Below are positions 61,160 through 64,000 of a stretch of 64,000 nucleotides of DNA, piece after piece. The position numbers and the translations under genes were made by a program. The DNA is from Macrostomum hystrix (taxonomy: Eukaryota > Animalia > Platyhelminthes): the NCBI GenBank assembly GCA_950097015.1, contig CATNEN010000027.1:868001-932000 (forward strand). The letters are read 5' to 3'. The notes beneath the pieces are model-generated. The model was not told the origin of the DNA and did not search any database. It worked only from the letters and a program-made list of their open reading frames with translations. Position 1 is the stretch's first letter; every line of letters begins with the position of its first letter.

Positions 61160-64000
61160 ATCAGTGTCTCCAGTGAGAGAGAGTCGGTGTCTCCAGTGAG
61201 AGAGAGTCACAGTGTTTAGTGAGAGAGTTAGTGTCTCCAGTGAGAGAGAGTCCGTGTCTCCAGTGAGAGAAAGTCGGTGTCTCCAGGGAGAGAGAGTCGG
61301 TGTCTCCAGTGAGAGAGAGTCCCAGTGTTTAGTGAGAGAGTTAGTGTCTCCAGTGAGAGAGAGTCGGTGTCTCCAGTGAGAGAGTCAGTGTCTCCAGTGA
61401 GAGAGAGTCGGTGTCTCCAGTGAGAGAGTCAGTGTCTCCAGTGAGAGAGAGTCGGTGTCTCCGGTGAGAGAGTCAGTGTCTCCAGTGAGAGAGAGTCCCA
61501 GTGTTTAGTGAGAGAGTCAGTGTCTCCAATGAGAGAGAGTCGGTGTCTCCAGTGAGAGAGTTAGTGTCTCCAGTGAGAGAGAGTCCGTGTCTCCAGTGAG
61601 AGAAAGTCGGTGTCTCCAGGGAGAGAGAGTCGGTGTCTCCAGTGAGAGAGTCAGTGTCTCCAGTGAGAGAGAGTCCCAGTGTTTAGTGAGAGAGTTAGTG
61701 TCTCCAGTGAGAGAGAGTCGGTGTCTCCAGTGAGAGAGTCAGTGTCTCCAGTGAGAGAGAGTCGGTGTCTCCAGTGAGAGAGTCAGTGTCTCCAGTGAGA
61801 GAGTCAGTGTCTCCAGTGAGAGAGAGTCGGTGTCTCCAGTGAGAGAGTCAGTGTCTCCAGTGAGAGAGAGTCGGTGTCTCCGGTGAGAGAGTCAGTGTCT
61901 CCAGTGAGAGAGAGTCCCAGTGTTTAGTGAGAGAGTTAGTGTCTCCAATGAGAGAGAGTCGGTGTCTCCAGTGAGAGAGTCAGTGTCTCCAGGGAGAGAG
62001 AGTCGGTGTCTCCGGTGAGAGAGTCAGTGTCTCCAGTGAGAGAGTCACAGTGTTTAGTGAGAGAGTTAGTGTCTCCAGTGAGAGAGATTCGGTGTCTCCA
62101 GTGAGAGTCAGTGTCTCCAGTGAGAGAGAGTCGGTGTCTCCAGTGAGAGAGTCGGTGTCTCCAGTGAGAGAGTCGGTGTCTCCAGTGAGAGAGAGTCACA
62201 GTGTTTAGTGAGAGAGTTAGTGTCTCCAGTGAGAGAGAGTCGGTGTCTCCAGTGAGAGAGTCAGTGTCTCCAGTGAGAGAGAGTCGGTGTCTCCAGTGAG
62301 AGAGAGTCCCAGTGTTTAGTGAGAGAGTTAGTGTCTCCAGTGAGAGAGAGTCGGTGTCTCCAGTGAGAGAGTCAGTGTCTCCAGTGAGAGAGTCAGTGTC
62401 TCCAGTGAGAGAGTCACAGTGTTTAGTGAGAGAGTTAGTGTCTCCAGTGAGAGAGTCACAGTGTTTAGTGAGAGAGTTAGTGTCTCCAGTGAGAGAGTCA
62501 CAGTGTTTAGTGAGAGAGTTAGTGTCTCCAGTGAGAGAGTCACAGTGTTTAGTGAGAGAGTTAGTGTCTCCAGTGAGAGAGTCGGTGTCTCCAGTGAAAG
62601 TCAGTGTCTCCAGTGAGAGAGAGTCGGTGTCTCCAGTGAGAGAGAGTCGGTGTCTCCAGTGAGAGAGAGTCAGTGTCTCCAGTGAGAGAGAGTCGGTGTC
62701 TCCAGTGAGAGAGAGTCAGTGTCTCCAGTGAGAGAGAGTCGGTGTCTCCAGTGAGAGAGAGTCAGTGTCTCCAGTGAGAGAGAGTCGGTGTCTCCAGTGA
62801 GAGTCAGTGTCTCCAGTGAGAGAGAGTCGGTGTCTCCAGTGAGAGAGAGTCCCAGTGTTTAGTGAGAGAGTTAGTGTCTCCAGTGAGAGAGAGTCGGTGT
62901 CTCCAGTGAGAGAGTCAGTGTCTCCAGTGAGAGAGTCAGTGTCTCCAGTGAGAGAGAGTCAGTGTCTCCAGTGAGAGAGAGTCGGTGTCTCCAGTGAGAG
63001 AGAGTCAGTGTCTCCAGTGAGAGAGAGTCGGTGTCTCCAGTGAGAGTCAGTGTCTCCAGTGAGAGAGAGTCGGTGTCTCCAGTGAGAGAGAGTCCCAGTG
63101 TTTAGTGAGAGAGTTAGTGTCTCCAGTGAGAGAGAGTCGGTGTCTCCAGTGAGAGAGTCAGTGTCTCCAGTGAGAGAGTCAGTGTCTCCAGTGAGAGAGT
63201 CACAGTGTTTAGTGAGAGAGTTAGTGTCTCCAGTGAGAGAGATTCGGTGTCTCCAGTGAAAGTCAGTGTCTCCAGTGAGAGAGAGTCGGTGTCTCCAGTG
63301 AGAGAGAGTCGGTGTCTCCAGTGAGAGAGAGTCAGTGTCTCCAGTGAGAGAGAGTCGGTGTCTCCAGTGAGAGAGAGTCGGTGTCTCCAGTGAGAGAGAG
63401 TCAGTGTCTCCAGTGAGAGAGAGTCGGTGTCTCCAGTGAGAGTCAGTGTCTCCAGTGAGAGAGAGTCGGTGTCTCCAGTGAGAGTCAGTGTCTCCAGTGA
63501 GAGAGAGTCGGTGTCTCCAGTGAGAGTCAGTGTCTCCAGTGAGAGAGAGTCGGTGTCTCCAGTGAGAGAGAGTCACAGTGTTTAGTGAGAGAGTTAGTGT
63601 CTCCAGTGAGAGAGAGTCAGTGTCTCCAGTGAGAGAAAGTCGGTGTCTCCAGGGAGAGAGAGTCGGTGTCTCCAGTGAGAGAGAGTCCCAGTGTTTAGTG
63701 AGAGAGTTAGTGTCTCCAGTGAGAGAGAGCCAGTGTCTCCAGTGTGAGAGTCGGTGTCTCCAGTGAGAGAGTCAGTGTCTCCAGTGAGAGAGAGCCAGTG
63801 TCTCCAGTGTGAGAGTCGGTGTCTCCAGTGAGAGAGTCAGTGTCTCCAGTGAGAGAGAGTCGGTGTCTCCAGTGAGAGAGAGTCAGTGTCTCCAGTGAGA
63901 GAGAGTCGGTGTCTCCAGTGAGAGCCAGTGTCTCCAGTGAGAGAGAGTCGGTGTCTCCAGTGAGAGAGTCGGTGTCTCCAGTGAGAGTCAGTGTCTCCAG
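61160..64000. repeat. 19-21-bp satellite (agt[c/t][a/g]gtgtctccagtgagag[ag]) with recurring variant blocks, running off the window end
   Basis: Direct periodicity over at least 2.8 kb. Confidence 0.96.

Overview
Eukaryotic (metazoan) genomic DNA. GC-rich exons are separated by AT-rich introns, most of which hold their own tandem repeat; this style resembles the flatworm Macrostomum lignano, but the species is an inference. Hand-spliced gene models: ZCCHC10 (minus, one coding exon), a rhomboid protease with intact catalytic motifs (plus, 4 exons), a K-Cl cotransporter of the SLC12A4-7 type (minus, 11 exons, about 1153 aa), a TARP/stargazin-like claudin-fold protein (plus, 3 exons), an orphan single-pass membrane protein with a juxtamembrane Cys cluster (plus, model partly uncertain), and a 108-aa secreted knottin-like prepropeptide (plus). 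Mobile DNA: a decayed 3.5-kb P-element (THAP) with 68-bp TIRs inside rhomboid intron 1, an intact 1.7-kb Tc1/IS630-type DD33E transposon with 150-bp TIRs, a TA-flanked MITE, a tRNA-derived SINE family (one copy with an 18-bp TSD that duplicates a splice donor), and other dispersed repeats. More than 25 different micro- and minisatellite arrays are present. No CRISPR array, rRNA or intact tRNA gene was found. Best leads: the knottin-like precursor, the orphan adaptor-like membrane protein, the SINE-duplicated splice donor, the intact DD33E transposon and a local cluster of TAGGCCTA palindromes.
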